Shown here: positions 1-9,356 of the stretch, piece after piece | Numbering within the stretch: the first letter of the stretch is position 1 | Layout of the letters: each line of letters begins with the position of its first letter | IMG/VR virus record: IMGVR_UViG_3300001528_000921 | Coordinates: 3,049 to 67,048 of that record | DNA: 64,000 nt | From: a virus | Lineage: Duplodnaviria > Caudoviricetes | Direction: 5' to 3' (one strand) | Position numbers and translations under genes: made by a program | The notes under the pieces: model-generated | Seen by the model: the letters and a program-made list of their open reading frames with translations, nothing else | What the model was told of the DNA's origin: nothing | Database searches by the model: none

Positions 1-1866
1 GGACTTCTCGCATGGTCGGTCATCCGCGGCGAAAACACGCTGAAAGAAGCGATTGGCGAACTCGAAGCATGGGTTGACAACTACACGCAGAAAGTCATCG
101 GCGACCCGCTGAATTTACAGCAAGGAATTTCGAACCTCATCACGTTCCTGTTCAGACACGTCGAAAAAGACGGCAAAATCCTTCCGTCGACGTGGAAAGA
201 CGGTCTGACCGAAGAAGAAATGCAGAAATTGGGCATCGACGACGCCGAAGACAATACGGCGATGACTGAAGAAGAGATCCGGGAGTCGATTCGCACAAAT
301 TTCGAACGTTTCCGCGAAGGAACGCACGAACGCAACAACGCCGTGACCAAAATCCTGCGCAAGATTTCGGGTTCAAACCTCCAGTCCATCAGCGTCGAGC
401 GCTTGATTCGCTTCATGTGTCAGTCGGATCGGAGCTTGTCCGCGACAGCTTGCAAACGAACCATAAAAGAGTTTCAGTTTCAGGGCATCGAAGGCTTGAA
501 CCAGACTGAAATCGCGAGAGCCGAGCTGCAAAACATAAACGACTTGTATAAGACTCCGAGCGACAAGCTGACGGATTTGACCGTAGGCACAGACCCGTTC
601 CCGAACATTCGCTTCTTTAACGACAATTTCTTCGCTTGGGTCGGCGCGAACTGGGAGCAGCTGGACGAATCCGAAATCAGACGGTCGATCGCCCAAGACT
701 TCGGCACTCTTCCCGCAGCAAAGAAAGACGGCGACCACAAGGGCATCGCCAACATCATGAAGACCATGGTCAAGCACGATTTGCAAGAAGCAAACGTCAG
801 AGGTCTGAACATGGCGAACGGATATGTGCTGCCCGACGGTCGAGTCTTGCCGCACGACAAAAAATACGGAGCCACATATCTGCTGCCGTTCTCATACGAT
901 CCGACGCTCGCTGATTTGCACTCGGCTCCGCTGTTCACGGCATATCTGCGGTCGATTTGGGGCGAAGACGAAGATTATCACGAAAAAGTCCGCTGCCTTC
1001 AAGAAGCGATTGGCGCCACGCTGTTCGGTTTGGCTCCGTCATTCGCAAGGGCGATTTTGCTGTTCGGCATCGGCGGCACGGGCAAATCGCAGATGCTCAA
1101 AATCGTCCAGTCCTTGCTGCCCGATGAAGCTTTGAGCTATGTGACGCCGTACAACTTCAACGACAAATTCGCAATCACGGAATTGAGCCACAGCTTACTC
1201 AACGTGGCGGGCGAACTTTCGGAATCCTCGAACATTCCAGGGGATGTGTTCAAATCTGTAATCGCGGGCGAAACAATGACAGGGCAATACAAGGGGCGTC
1301 CGCTGTTTCCGTTCGAATGTAAGGCGGCGCATTGGTTCGCATCGAACCATTTGCCGAAGTCAAGGGACGCGTCAAGCGGCATGTTCCGCAGATGGTGTGT
1401 CTTGTCGTTCACGAAAATCGTCAAAAACGAGGACAAAATCCTCAACCTCGGCGAACGAATCGCGGCGGAAGAACGCGAATCCATCGTGGCATGGGCTATA
1501 AGCGCTATTCCCGAACTGCTGGCAAACAAGGACTATCACTTGCCGAAAAGTCATTTTGAAGCGATAAACAGCATGCAATGCGACTCCGATTCGGTTTTTT
1601 ACTGGGCGAGTGCTCGATCTCAGAACTCTCCGAGATACTCGCCAAAGAAGTCAGCCCTGCCACAAGCGTTGTTTACCGCGTACTCAGAGTTCTGTTATTC
1701 CGAATTGTCCGTAAAACCGGTTGGCTTCCGAAAGTTCTTCATGAGATTGAAGGAGTTGGGGCTGATCAGCAAAATTTTCTCCGTGGGACCCTTGTCAGTT
1801 GTTGGATTGACTCTCGACACCGACGCGGAACCACTGGATCTGACGGGAGTTTCCCACAGTGGATGA
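1..1866 (+). CDS. D5/P4-type primase-helicase (SF3), 5'-truncated by window edge
   Basis: Frame 1 is open from base 1 into ORF 220-1866; Walker A GIGGTGKS, SF3 motifs (LNVAGE, FASNHLP), C-terminal winged-helix-like region. Confidence 0.88.
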   Translation, partial: GLLAWSVIRGENTLKEAIGELEAWVDNYTQKVIGDPLNLQQGISNLITFLFRHVEKDGKILPSTWKDGLTEEEMQKLGIDDAEDNTAMTEEEIRESIRTNFERFREGTHERNNAVTKILRKISGSNLQSISVERLIRFMCQSDRSLSATACKRTIKEFQFQGIEGLNQTEIARAELQNINDLYKTPSDKLTDLTVGTDPFPNIRFFNDNFFAWVGANWEQLDESEIRRSIAQDFGTLPAAKKDGDHKGIANIMKTMVKHDLQEANVRGLNMANGYVLPDGRVLPHDKKYGATYLLPFSYDPTLADLHSAPLFTAYLRSIWGEDEDYHEKVRCLQEAIGATLFGLAPSFARAILLFGIGGTGKSQMLKIVQSLLPDEALSYVTPYNFNDKFAITELSHSLLNVAGELSESSNIPGDVFKSVIAGETMTGQYKGRPLFPFECKAAHWFASNHLPKSRDASSGMFRRWCVLSFTKIVKNEDKILNLGERIAAEERESIVAWAISAIPELLANKDYHLPKSHFEAINSMQCDSDSVFYWASARSQNSPRYSPKKSALPQALFTAYSEFCYSELSVKPVGFRKFFMRLKELGLISKIFSVGPLSVVGLTLDTDAEPLDLTGVSHSG

Positions 1867-1965
1867 TGGAAATGAGAATCAGCTTCCAATGCCCGCCGCA
1901 CATCTTTCAAGACGAAAAACTGGCGGAACTGCTGCGAAAATACGGAATGGATGACATCTTAACAA

Positions 1966-2652
1966 GTGAAAGGATTATTGGCTATGGCACAAACCATCTT
2001 TGAAAAATACGGCGACGAGCCGACAATCATGGATCAGCTGGATTGGACCGGCAACTCAAAAACCACGTTCTCAACGTTGGGAGCAAGCAATCATAGCTCG
2101 TATGACCGAGCGGCGGACGACTTCTACGAAACTCCTGCAGAAGGCGTCACGCGCTTGCTCGACCGCATCGAACTCGCGCCATCGGCGAATGCGATGATTT
2201 GGGAATGTGCCGCGGGGCGCGGAGCAATCTCGAACGTCCTGACCGAACGTGGATATACCGTACACTCGACCGAACTTCGCGACCGCGGCTTCGGAGAAAC
2301 CGGTGTGGATTTCTTCAAAGCGGAAAGACCCGACACCAAGGGACGTCCGCTGACCATATTTACGAATCCGCCGTTTAAATATGGAATTGAGTTTATTCAA
2401 CACTCACTCGAATTGCTCAACGACGGCGAATCATGCTACTTCCTCTTGCGCCTGTCATTCCTCGAAGGGCAAAAGCGCAAAGCGTTTTTCGAAATCTGCA
2501 ATCCGGAATTTGTCGCCGTGTTCGGCAAACGAATCACTTGCAATAGAAACGGGGACGCGTCGAACATCGGGCAAGGAACAGGTGCAGTTGCGTTCGCATG
2601 GTTCAAATGGACAAAAGGTTATACCGGTAAAACAACAGTGGAATGGATTTAA
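1966..2652 (+). CDS. DNA amino-methyltransferase (probably N6-adenine)
   Basis: SAM-binding WECAAGRG and catalytic NPPF motif; DDFYETP N-terminal motif typical of phage MTases. Confidence 0.85.
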   Translation: MKGLLAMAQTIFEKYGDEPTIMDQLDWTGNSKTTFSTLGASNHSSYDRAADDFYETPAEGVTRLLDRIELAPSANAMIWECAAGRGAISNVLTERGYTVHSTELRDRGFGETGVDFFKAERPDTKGRPLTIFTNPPFKYGIEFIQHSLELLNDGESCYFLLRLSFLEGQKRKAFFEICNPEFVAVFGKRITCNRNGDASNIGQGTGAVAFAWFKWTKGYTGKTTVEWI

Positions 2653-2655
2653 ACT

Positions 2656-3261
2656 ATGAGCAAACTTTATTTTATATGCGGAACTATGAACTCCGGAAAA
2701 TCAACAGCTCTCATAACCAAAGAGTTCAACTACCGCGAGAATGGGAAAAAGACGCTCATCGTAAAGCCGACCACGGACACCAGAAATGGAACGTGGGGGC
2801 ACGGGGAATGGGGATTGACATATTCCCGCCCTATGAAACAGGGAAGTAAATGCCTTTTTCTGGAACCTGGGCGATGGAACGAAATCGAAAATTATGTGGA
2901 CGTGCGGGATTTGGACATCATTTTCGTCGACGAAGCGCAGTTCTGCTCGGCGACGGACGTCGATGAAATGGCTCGGTGGGTTGACGAATACGGAAGAAGC
3001 GTGCTGGTCTATGCCCTAAAAACCACGGCGGAAGGCGACTTGTTTCCAGGTTCGGCGCGGCTGCTCGCTTTGGCGGACGAAATCGAGATTATGATAAGCG
3101 TGTGCTCCTTTTGCGGGCGCAGAGCGTCGCATCATGTTCGGATTTCGGGCGGTCGGAAGCTGGTTGGGAACTTGGGAGTAGAGAGTGAGGATGTAAAGTA
3201 TAAAGCATGCTGCCGTAGGTGCTTCAAGCGCATATTGAGCGAACAAGAGAGCGGGGTGTAG
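2656..3261 (+). CDS. tdk: Thymidine kinase
   Basis: GTMNSGKST Walker A, FVDEAQF Walker B, CxxC...CxxC zinc site. Confidence 0.93.
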   Translation: MSKLYFICGTMNSGKSTALITKEFNYRENGKKTLIVKPTTDTRNGTWGHGEWGLTYSRPMKQGSKCLFLEPGRWNEIENYVDVRDLDIIFVDEAQFCSATDVDEMARWVDEYGRSVLVYALKTTAEGDLFPGSARLLALADEIEIMISVCSFCGRRASHHVRISGGRKLVGNLGVESEDVKYKACCRRCFKRILSEQESGV

Positions 3262-3383
3262 AGCTCCGCTTTTCTGTATAAGAGGTCAAGTGTTTTTGCA
3301 AAAATTGGGGCATAAAAAATGGGGGACTGTCGCAAATCGTCGCTCCTCTGTACTGGAAAAATTGCTATACCCCTTACCTGATT

Positions 3384-3468
3384 ATAGCTTATAAAAATAA
3401 AAAATTCAATAACTTTTTTATATAAATTATATAAAAAAGTTATTGAGTTTTTTATTTTTATAAGCTAT
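3384..3468. repeat. 85-bp AT-rich near-perfect palindrome
   Basis: 41-bp arms 3384-3424 and 3428-3468, one mismatch, 3-nt centre. Confidence 0.95.
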
Positions 3469-3695
3469 TCTTAAAAAGCTTTGATAAAGTAAAAACATAA
3501 AGAGTAAATAGAAACAGTACATAAGGCAAAGGTTTGCAGTACGGACGGGGACTTCCCGCCCGTACTAAAAGCCAAAACAACGGGACTATATCTCACCGTT
3601 GCGAAAAAATTAAGGATATACGCCAAGGGTAGAAGTGTATCTTTAATCTTGTCGCAAGGGACAAGGAAAGCGATGCAAATGCATCGCTTTAACAA

Positions 3696-4295
3696 ATGAA
3701 CGAAAGAAAGGATAAAACTATGTTAAACTATGCCGACAAAAAAGAAGTCGCGATTCGTACACTTGCCGATACGGCAAGAATCAAAGCGGATGCAATCACA
3801 CTCAAACAGGCGACAGGATACAACGCCCTGCTTCTTGTTTGCGATCTGCCCGATTCAAAGGCTTATGACGCTTTGTTCGACGCTTTGAAGCGGGATTGCA
3901 AGGAATCAGGCTATAAGTTTGCGGGAACGCCGTTACACAAAGCGTGCAACGTCGTCAAGTCGATCAAGTTCAGCTGCCCCGAATCGTGGAAAACGATTAC
4001 CGAATCCGCCGATTCCCGTACGGAAAAAACGCCTGAAGAACGCCTGTTTTTCGCTTTTCAGGAATTTTTGAAAGGAAAAGGTTTAACTTTTTCCGCAACG
4101 CAAGGCAAGATTGCGGAAACGTTAAATCCCGCAACCGAATCGGCGGAGTCCGAAAACGATGCAAATGAACCGCTTGAAGACGACGAAATGCAAGCCGTTT
4201 TGATGTACATTCGGACTTGCGGGAATGAGGCATTCCAAAAAATAGTGGATGAAGTACTTGCCCGGGGGGAAAACCGCGCGGAAAAGATAGCGTAA
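3696..4295 (+). CDS. Hypothetical early protein (start may be ATG 3720)
   Basis: 199-aa ORF following a structured leader; no recognisable motif. Confidence 0.7.
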   Translation: MNERKDKTMLNYADKKEVAIRTLADTARIKADAITLKQATGYNALLLVCDLPDSKAYDALFDALKRDCKESGYKFAGTPLHKACNVVKSIKFSCPESWKTITESADSRTEKTPEERLFFAFQEFLKGKGLTFSATQGKIAETLNPATESAESENDANEPLEDDEMQAVLMYIRTCGNEAFQKIVDEVLARGENRAEKIA

Positions 4296-4383
4296 CCAAA
4301 CAAGGGGAATCGGAACTTGATTCCGATTCCCTACTCGAAACCCGATGCAAATGCATCGGAAACAGGAAAAAGGAAAAAAGGAA

Positions 4384-4722
4384 ATGAAAATCTTAAATTA
4401 CACGCCGCACGAAATCACGTTTAAAACGTCGACGGCGACTTTTCAAATTCAATCTGTCGGTGTCGCCCGTGCAACCACGGAATCAAAGCTTGTAGGCTTT
4501 GCCGACGACTTGCCAATAATGCAAAAGACGTTCGGCAAGGTTTACGGATTGCCCGACCCGAATCTGGTTGACGAAAACACGATTTTAATCGTTTCATCGT
4601 TGACGGCACAGGCGGCAAAAGCGGAAAACCATCCGCTTTTGTCAAAAATGTTCATCGTGAATGACACGTTGCGTGATTCCAATGGCAGAATCATGGCGGC
4701 AACGTCTTTAGCAAAGGTTTAA
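4384..4722 (+). CDS. Conserved phage hypothetical protein (NxTPH N-terminal motif)
   Basis: AGGA RBS, MKILNYTPHEI...IVSSL pattern recalled from phage hypotheticals. Confidence 0.7.
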   Translation: MKILNYTPHEITFKTSTATFQIQSVGVARATTESKLVGFADDLPIMQKTFGKVYGLPDPNLVDENTILIVSSLTAQAAKAENHPLLSKMFIVNDTLRDSNGRIMAATSLAKV

Positions 4723-4726
4723 GCCG

Positions 4727-4966
4727 ATGACCGCCAAAGAACTGTTTGAAAAACTACAGGGTGGAGATTATCTCCGAATCACCAACGCGGAGGACGCACC
4801 AGCAACTTTAAAATTGTCGCACGACCGACAATATATCCGTTTTCAGCATTTCGGGACGTTTGCTTGCAAAAACGATTTCGCAACCTTTGAAAGGTTCTTT
4901 CCAATTGTCGCAAAAGCCGAAAACTTGTCAGTCAAAAAAGTAAGCGGATTCTATTCCGAAAACTGA
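4727..4966 (+). CDS. Hypothetical early protein
   Basis: ORF packed directly after the previous gene. Confidence 0.6.
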   Translation: MTAKELFEKLQGGDYLRITNAEDAPATLKLSHDRQYIRFQHFGTFACKNDFATFERFFPIVAKAENLSVKKVSGFYSEN

Positions 4967-5015
4967 TTTCGATTTCGATTTCGAAACTCAAATTGAAAAA
5001 AGGGAAACAAAAACA

Positions 5016-5159
5016 ATGACATACGAAGAATTGCAAGACGCCTATTTTAAGGCTGTCGCAGACGAAAACGAAGCGAAAGCGGCGGACATCGCGGCAAAAA
5101 TTGCGGAAATCCAACGGGAGAATCAGAGCGGCGACGTCTTTAGCAAAGGTGTAAAATGA
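5016..5159 (+). CDS. Small hypothetical protein (47 aa, not in ORF track)
   Basis: MTYEELQDAYF...FSKGVK*; GGGA RBS; stop overlaps the next ATG (ATGA). Confidence 0.6.
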   Translation: MTYEELQDAYFKAVADENEAKAADIAAKIAEIQRENQSGDVFSKGVK

Positions 5160-5347
5160 TAGAAACTCTCTACATAAGCAAAACACCATACGGAGTAGCG
5201 ATATTTTCCGACGTTCTCGGCGAAAACTTTAAGCGGTTTTATATCGGTTATTCGGAAAGAAAAGCGATCGCCGAGTATATGCACGAAATTCGCACCCGTA
5301 TGAATGTAAAACGCCTACCCTTCAAATTCAAAGAAGTCCGAATTTGA
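5156..5347 (+). CDS. Hypothetical early protein
   Basis: Translationally coupled ORF. Confidence 0.6.
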   Translation: MIETLYISKTPYGVAIFSDVLGENFKRFYIGYSERKAIAEYMHEIRTRMNVKRLPFKFKEVRI

Positions 5348-5363
5348 TGCAAATGAATCGATT

Positions 5364-5762
5364 TTGATTTCGATTTTGAAACTCAAATTGAAAAGGAAAA
5401 AGAAAATGATGAAAGTAAAAGACGAAAACCTGCCGATTCGTTCGGGAATGTTTGATACCTGTCCGATTGTCGAATCGGATTCGATTGTCAAAAAGAAGTT
5501 GTCCGATATTGACTGTTTCGCTTTGCGATATGCCGCAATCGAACTTTGGCGGAACAACGAATGCTTCGGGGATCCAGAACCGTCGATTAACGCCTTCGAC
5601 GAATCGAACGCAATCCAAGACAACGAACTGTATCTTGGCGGATTCGAGGGAATCTATATCACGCCGGAAATCAACGTTAGGACACTGTTCCGGACGACCG
5701 ACAACCGAATCTGTGCACACGTCGAATACAACGACGAATACTTAGTTGTTCTTATCGACTGA
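5364..5762 (+). CDS. Hypothetical early protein (true start probably ~5406-5409)
   Basis: AAGGA RBS before ATGATG at ~5406. Confidence 0.65.
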   Translation: MISILKLKLKRKKKMMKVKDENLPIRSGMFDTCPIVESDSIVKKKLSDIDCFALRYAAIELWRNNECFGDPEPSINAFDESNAIQDNELYLGGFEGIYITPEINVRTLFRTTDNRICAHVEYNDEYLVVLID

Positions 5763-5792
5763 ATCTTTTTACTTAAACAATACTTTGAAGCG

Positions 5793-6350
5793 ATGCATTT
5801 GCATCGCTTCATCCAACACCACAAACAAGGAATCAAGAAAATGAAAGCAAACAACTTCACGCGCCCCGCCGAGGGCGAAACGCCGATTGAAATCAAAATT
5901 TGTGACGACTTCGAACAATCCGCACAGGATTTCGCGGACAACTTCGTCCGTCTGAGTCCGAATCGTCAATACCAAGCGGATATTTACTATTTCGGGGACG
6001 AACTCCCGCCCGAAATCGAAGAATTGCGCGACTTGGACGATTCCGAGATTATGGATAAGATTCCGAACGGATACACCGTGCATCGTTCACACGGCTATTC
6101 GCAAGGCGACATCGCTTTTGTAATTTACCCCGAACCCGGAACGATGCAAATGAATCGGATTATTGATTCGATTCTCTGGGATGTACCCGTATACATCGAA
6201 ATCACAGTCGGAAACGAAACGCTATCAAACGGTGATTTACTCGAAGACAGCTACAACTATAACAAGCAGGAAATCATTTCCAACTATGACGACCCAACCG
6301 TGCGGAAATTCCTCGAAGAACATCTTCCCAATTCACAATCGGAGATTTAA
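5793..6350 (+). CDS. Acidic hypothetical early protein (true start probably ATG 5841)
   Basis: AAGGA RBS upstream of MKANNF. Confidence 0.65.
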   Translation: MHLHRFIQHHKQGIKKMKANNFTRPAEGETPIEIKICDDFEQSAQDFADNFVRLSPNRQYQADIYYFGDELPPEIEELRDLDDSEIMDKIPNGYTVHRSHGYSQGDIAFVIYPEPGTMQMNRIIDSILWDVPVYIEITVGNETLSNGDLLEDSYNYNKQEIISNYDDPTVRKFLEEHLPNSQSEI

Positions 6351-6352
6351 AA

Positions 6353-6595
6353 ATGAAATGCAATCGCAAAACCATTCACGGCGAAAAATTCGCTTATGAC
6401 GGATGCCACAAGATTTACGTCCTCGAAAATCAATCTCAAATTGACGAAGCAACCGAAGACGGCTTCCAAATTCACGACATCATCGATTTGCCGTACGTCT
6501 ATGCCGATTCGTGCCCGCTTCGATTCATTTCCTACTGGGACGTTTCGAAGCCCTACATCTGCCCGCAAGGCGTCGAAGCACACTTTAAGGAGTAA
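6353..6595 (+). CDS. Conserved phage hypothetical protein (FAYDGCHKIY motif)
   Basis: ORF with recurring phage motif; coupled to the previous gene. Confidence 0.65.
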   Translation: MKCNRKTIHGEKFAYDGCHKIYVLENQSQIDEATEDGFQIHDIIDLPYVYADSCPLRFISYWDVSKPYICPQGVEAHFKE

Positions 6596-6891
6596 ATCAC
6601 GATGCCGCACTTACGCAGAATCACGATTTTGATTTTGATTGCCGGTTTCATTCCGGCAATCAAAACGGCAATCACAACGTCATCTTATTTGACGCTGTTC
6701 GACATCGCAACCGCATTCCTCTGTTTTCTGCTCGCAAACGCTGTCCAGGAAGCTTTGGATAGGCGGGAGCATAAGGGATAGCTTAAATCACTCAACCACG
6801 CTGTACGGGCTTAAAAAGTGTCCTAGCGTCGATTTTAAACAACATATCCCGATGCATTTGCATCAGAAATCAAAAACAAGGAGTCAAAACT

Positions 6892-7092
6892 ATGAACATT
6901 CAACAACTGCTTTCGGTAAACAAACCATTCAAAACCTTCTACAGAGAAGGAGCACCAGATGCCCTTTACATGGAGCTTCCCTGCGGCGAAATAGCCAGAG
7001 CACAAAAAAGCAATGATTACGCGCCAGAATTTGATTCCGATTTTAAATTCGATGTCAACGACCTCATTGCAACTGACTGGGAGCTTGTGTGA
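6892..7092 (+). CDS. Small hypothetical protein ending DLIATDW (DUF2829-like C-terminus)
   Basis: AAGGAG RBS; C-terminal D-x-x-A-x-D-W motif. Confidence 0.55.
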   Translation: MNIQQLLSVNKPFKTFYREGAPDALYMELPCGEIARAQKSNDYAPEFDSDFKFDVNDLIATDWELV

Positions 7093-7732
7093 AAAGTATT
7101 AACGTTTGGACAAAACCAGAAAACAAGTGCAAAATGCTGTTTTTCCAAAGCAAATCAAAGGGTTAAATCGATATGCTTCAGATTTTTGTCTAAAAATCTT
7201 CGTGAGTGATTTAAAAACCCTTTGTTTTCAATCACTTACAACAACAGGTCAAGAAAGTTCGTGTTAGGTCAAGTCAAACACGACTTGACTTTTCTTGACC
7301 GATTTCGGGGGGTCAAATCGGGTGCCAGCCCGCCGCCAGCCTCAAAACAGGGGGGTCGAAAAATTGACTTAAATTTTCTTTTCAATTTCTAACTCCGCTG
7401 AAATCTCTTAGTAAATATAAATAAGGGCTGAAGGTTTTTAAAAAAAATTTCAATGCAACAAAACGCCACCACTGTTTTGAGCGTTTCTGCGGTGTTCCGC
7501 TGAAAAATACCCCCAAAATCGGTCAAGAAAAGTCAAGTCGGACACCGACTTGTAAACCCAACACCTGTAAAAAAGAGTAAAAATTTCGTTCGACAAAACG
7601 ATTTTTTTGTCCAAAACACCAAGTCGGATTCCAAAATCCGATTCAAATTCCGATTTCAAATCACGAAATCGCACCAGTTTCCTATATATACTATGTATAT
7701 ATAGGAAACCAACCTAAGAGGAGTGAAAAAGA
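7093..7732. other. Non-coding repeat-rich region (origin or terminus candidate)
   Basis: 30-bp inverted repeat 7281-7310 / 7511-7540 (1 mismatch), many GTCAAG/CTTGAC hexamers, 33-bp palindrome 7677-7709. Confidence 0.6.
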
Positions 7733-8182
7733 ATGTCAAATCGCTATTACATAGGCAATCCGCGCACGATTCTAAGACCAGACGCTTACGCTCACATCTT
7801 CACTGTTAATTCGTGGCAAGCGCAAACAACCAGACTTCGGAAGCTGACGGATTATCACGATTCGCGTGCTGCTCAAGTGCCAAAAGACGCCAGAACAAAT
7901 ACTTTGATTCCGATTCCCGATTCTGCTTCGCACCTTGTCAATATGATTCGGGACACATACCATACGGAAACCCACCTGATTTTTGTTCCTGCAATCGATT
8001 CCGTGACGGTTGACGACCCGACTGCAATCTGTTTTGAAGTCCCGGACGACCTCTTTGCTTTTGTTGGGTTTTCAGGAAGAAATCCTCTTACTGTTAATTT
8101 CACGATAACATTGCATTTAAGTTTCCACGGTCGAGTGTTTGCAACTCCCGACACGAAATTGATGAAAGGATTGAGAAAATGA
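7733..8182 (+). CDS. Hypothetical protein
   Basis: GAGGAG RBS; first gene of a tightly packed + strand operon. Confidence 0.7.
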   Translation: MSNRYYIGNPRTILRPDAYAHIFTVNSWQAQTTRLRKLTDYHDSRAAQVPKDARTNTLIPIPDSASHLVNMIRDTYHTETHLIFVPAIDSVTVDDPTAICFEVPDDLFAFVGFSGRNPLTVNFTITLHLSFHGRVFATPDTKLMKGLRK

Positions 8183-8574
8183 TTGATTTCACGAAATGCA
8201 AGAAACCTGTGGATTACGAAAAGGTTATAATGTCCGAATTGAAAGTTCGCGTTGAAGGTTCTTTTGTTTACGTTTCCAACCTGCCTTTGCCAACTGTTGT
8301 TGTGATGGTGTTCCGGCGACATATAGACAGTTTTCCGTCGTATGTTACAAAATCAGGGCACGCCGAGAACTGTTTGTTCCCAGGCGACGAGGTTGAAACG
8401 GAATGTTGTGCTCTGTGCGACCATGAAAATGAGGTTCCGTTCCGCCCCGGCGGTTATGTGTCGGTGTGCGAGAACTGCGGAAAGAAGATGCACCTGTGTT
8501 CGAGATGTCTGTACGATAATCCCGAACACGGTTGCGATTGGAATGAGAAAACAAATTCTTGTTGGAGAGGATGA
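8179..8574 (+). CDS. Cys-rich putative zinc-binding protein
   Basis: CxxC, CxxC and CxxC...C motifs in the C-terminal half. Confidence 0.65.
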   Translation: MIDFTKCKKPVDYEKVIMSELKVRVEGSFVYVSNLPLPTVVVMVFRRHIDSFPSYVTKSGHAENCLFPGDEVETECCALCDHENEVPFRPGGYVSVCENCGKKMHLCSRCLYDNPEHGCDWNEKTNSCWRG

Positions 8575-8927
8575 ATGAAATGAATCAAATTTTTAAATCT
8601 GGCTACATGCGTTTTGACAGATATGGTCGAGTCGAACATCATTTTGACGCTGAAAATGACTTTGCTTTCCGTTTTTTACCGGAAGAACATCGGAACCACT
8701 TGTTTGTGGCTAAAATTCCGATAGGAAACGGCATGTATGACAGGATTGCTTGGGTTGCGGTATCCAAGGATGAAAAAACGATTTTGACCGGCGCTCGCCA
8801 GTCGGAGATGCCGCCGCGTCCGACGCTTAAATCCGTCGGGAAGGTTCAAGATTGGTTGGTGGGTTGGGCGAAGTTTGTTTTGGATATGACCGATGGCGGA
8901 ACCGATGGCGGAACTGTTTCTAAGTAA
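8559..8927 (+). CDS. Hypothetical protein
   Basis: Overlapping operon ORF. Confidence 0.6.
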   Translation: MLERMNEMNQIFKSGYMRFDRYGRVEHHFDAENDFAFRFLPEEHRNHLFVAKIPIGNGMYDRIAWVAVSKDEKTILTGARQSEMPPRPTLKSVGKVQDWLVGWAKFVLDMTDGGTDGGTVSK

Positions 8928-8951
8928 AACTCAAATATAGGAGTAAGTAAA

Positions 8952-9197
8952 ATGAGTGAAAGATTACATTTGTGCGTGTATAAATATGCGCGTCCCTCTC
9001 TGGTGATTTCCGAAGAATTGGACGCTCGGGTCTACGAGCTGACGCACAATTCGATTGGGGACTTTGAACCGAACGACGAGGAGTTGTGGGAAACGCTCGA
9101 GAAGATTGGCGAAAGCGACGACGAAGCTAAAGACTTGCTGTCTGTGTTGAAGTCGAACGCCCGCTCGGCTGACCTCTGTCAGTTTGAATTTTATTGA
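8952..9197 (+). CDS. Hypothetical protein
   Basis: AGGAG RBS. Confidence 0.65.
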   Translation: MSERLHLCVYKYARPSLVISEELDARVYELTHNSIGDFEPNDEELWETLEKIGESDDEAKDLLSVLKSNARSADLCQFEFY

Positions 9198-9356
9198 TGA
9201 AAGGACTTGACTTTTGGATAATGCTACATTACAATCACTGTTATCGATGCGCCGACCCGTTTGGGTTCGGCGCGGAGGGACGCTTGCCGCCTACGAAACG
9301 AACACGACCGGCGTGTTCGATGTGTATCGGCGGTCGGCGCATGGATTTGAATTTTA

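Larger units (their letters stand above)
3670..6866. promoter_or_regulatory. Dispersed 18-bp palindromic operator-like motif NCGATGCA-(AA/TT)-TGCATCGN
   Basis: Copies at 3670, 4342, 5790 and 6849; variants at 5344, 6141 and 4156; most lie shortly upstream of early ORF starts. Confidence 0.75.

Noticed and set aside
8890-8915. Tandem CCGATGGCGGAA duplication
   Set aside because: 12-bp in-frame coding duplication (TDGG twice); probably replication slippage
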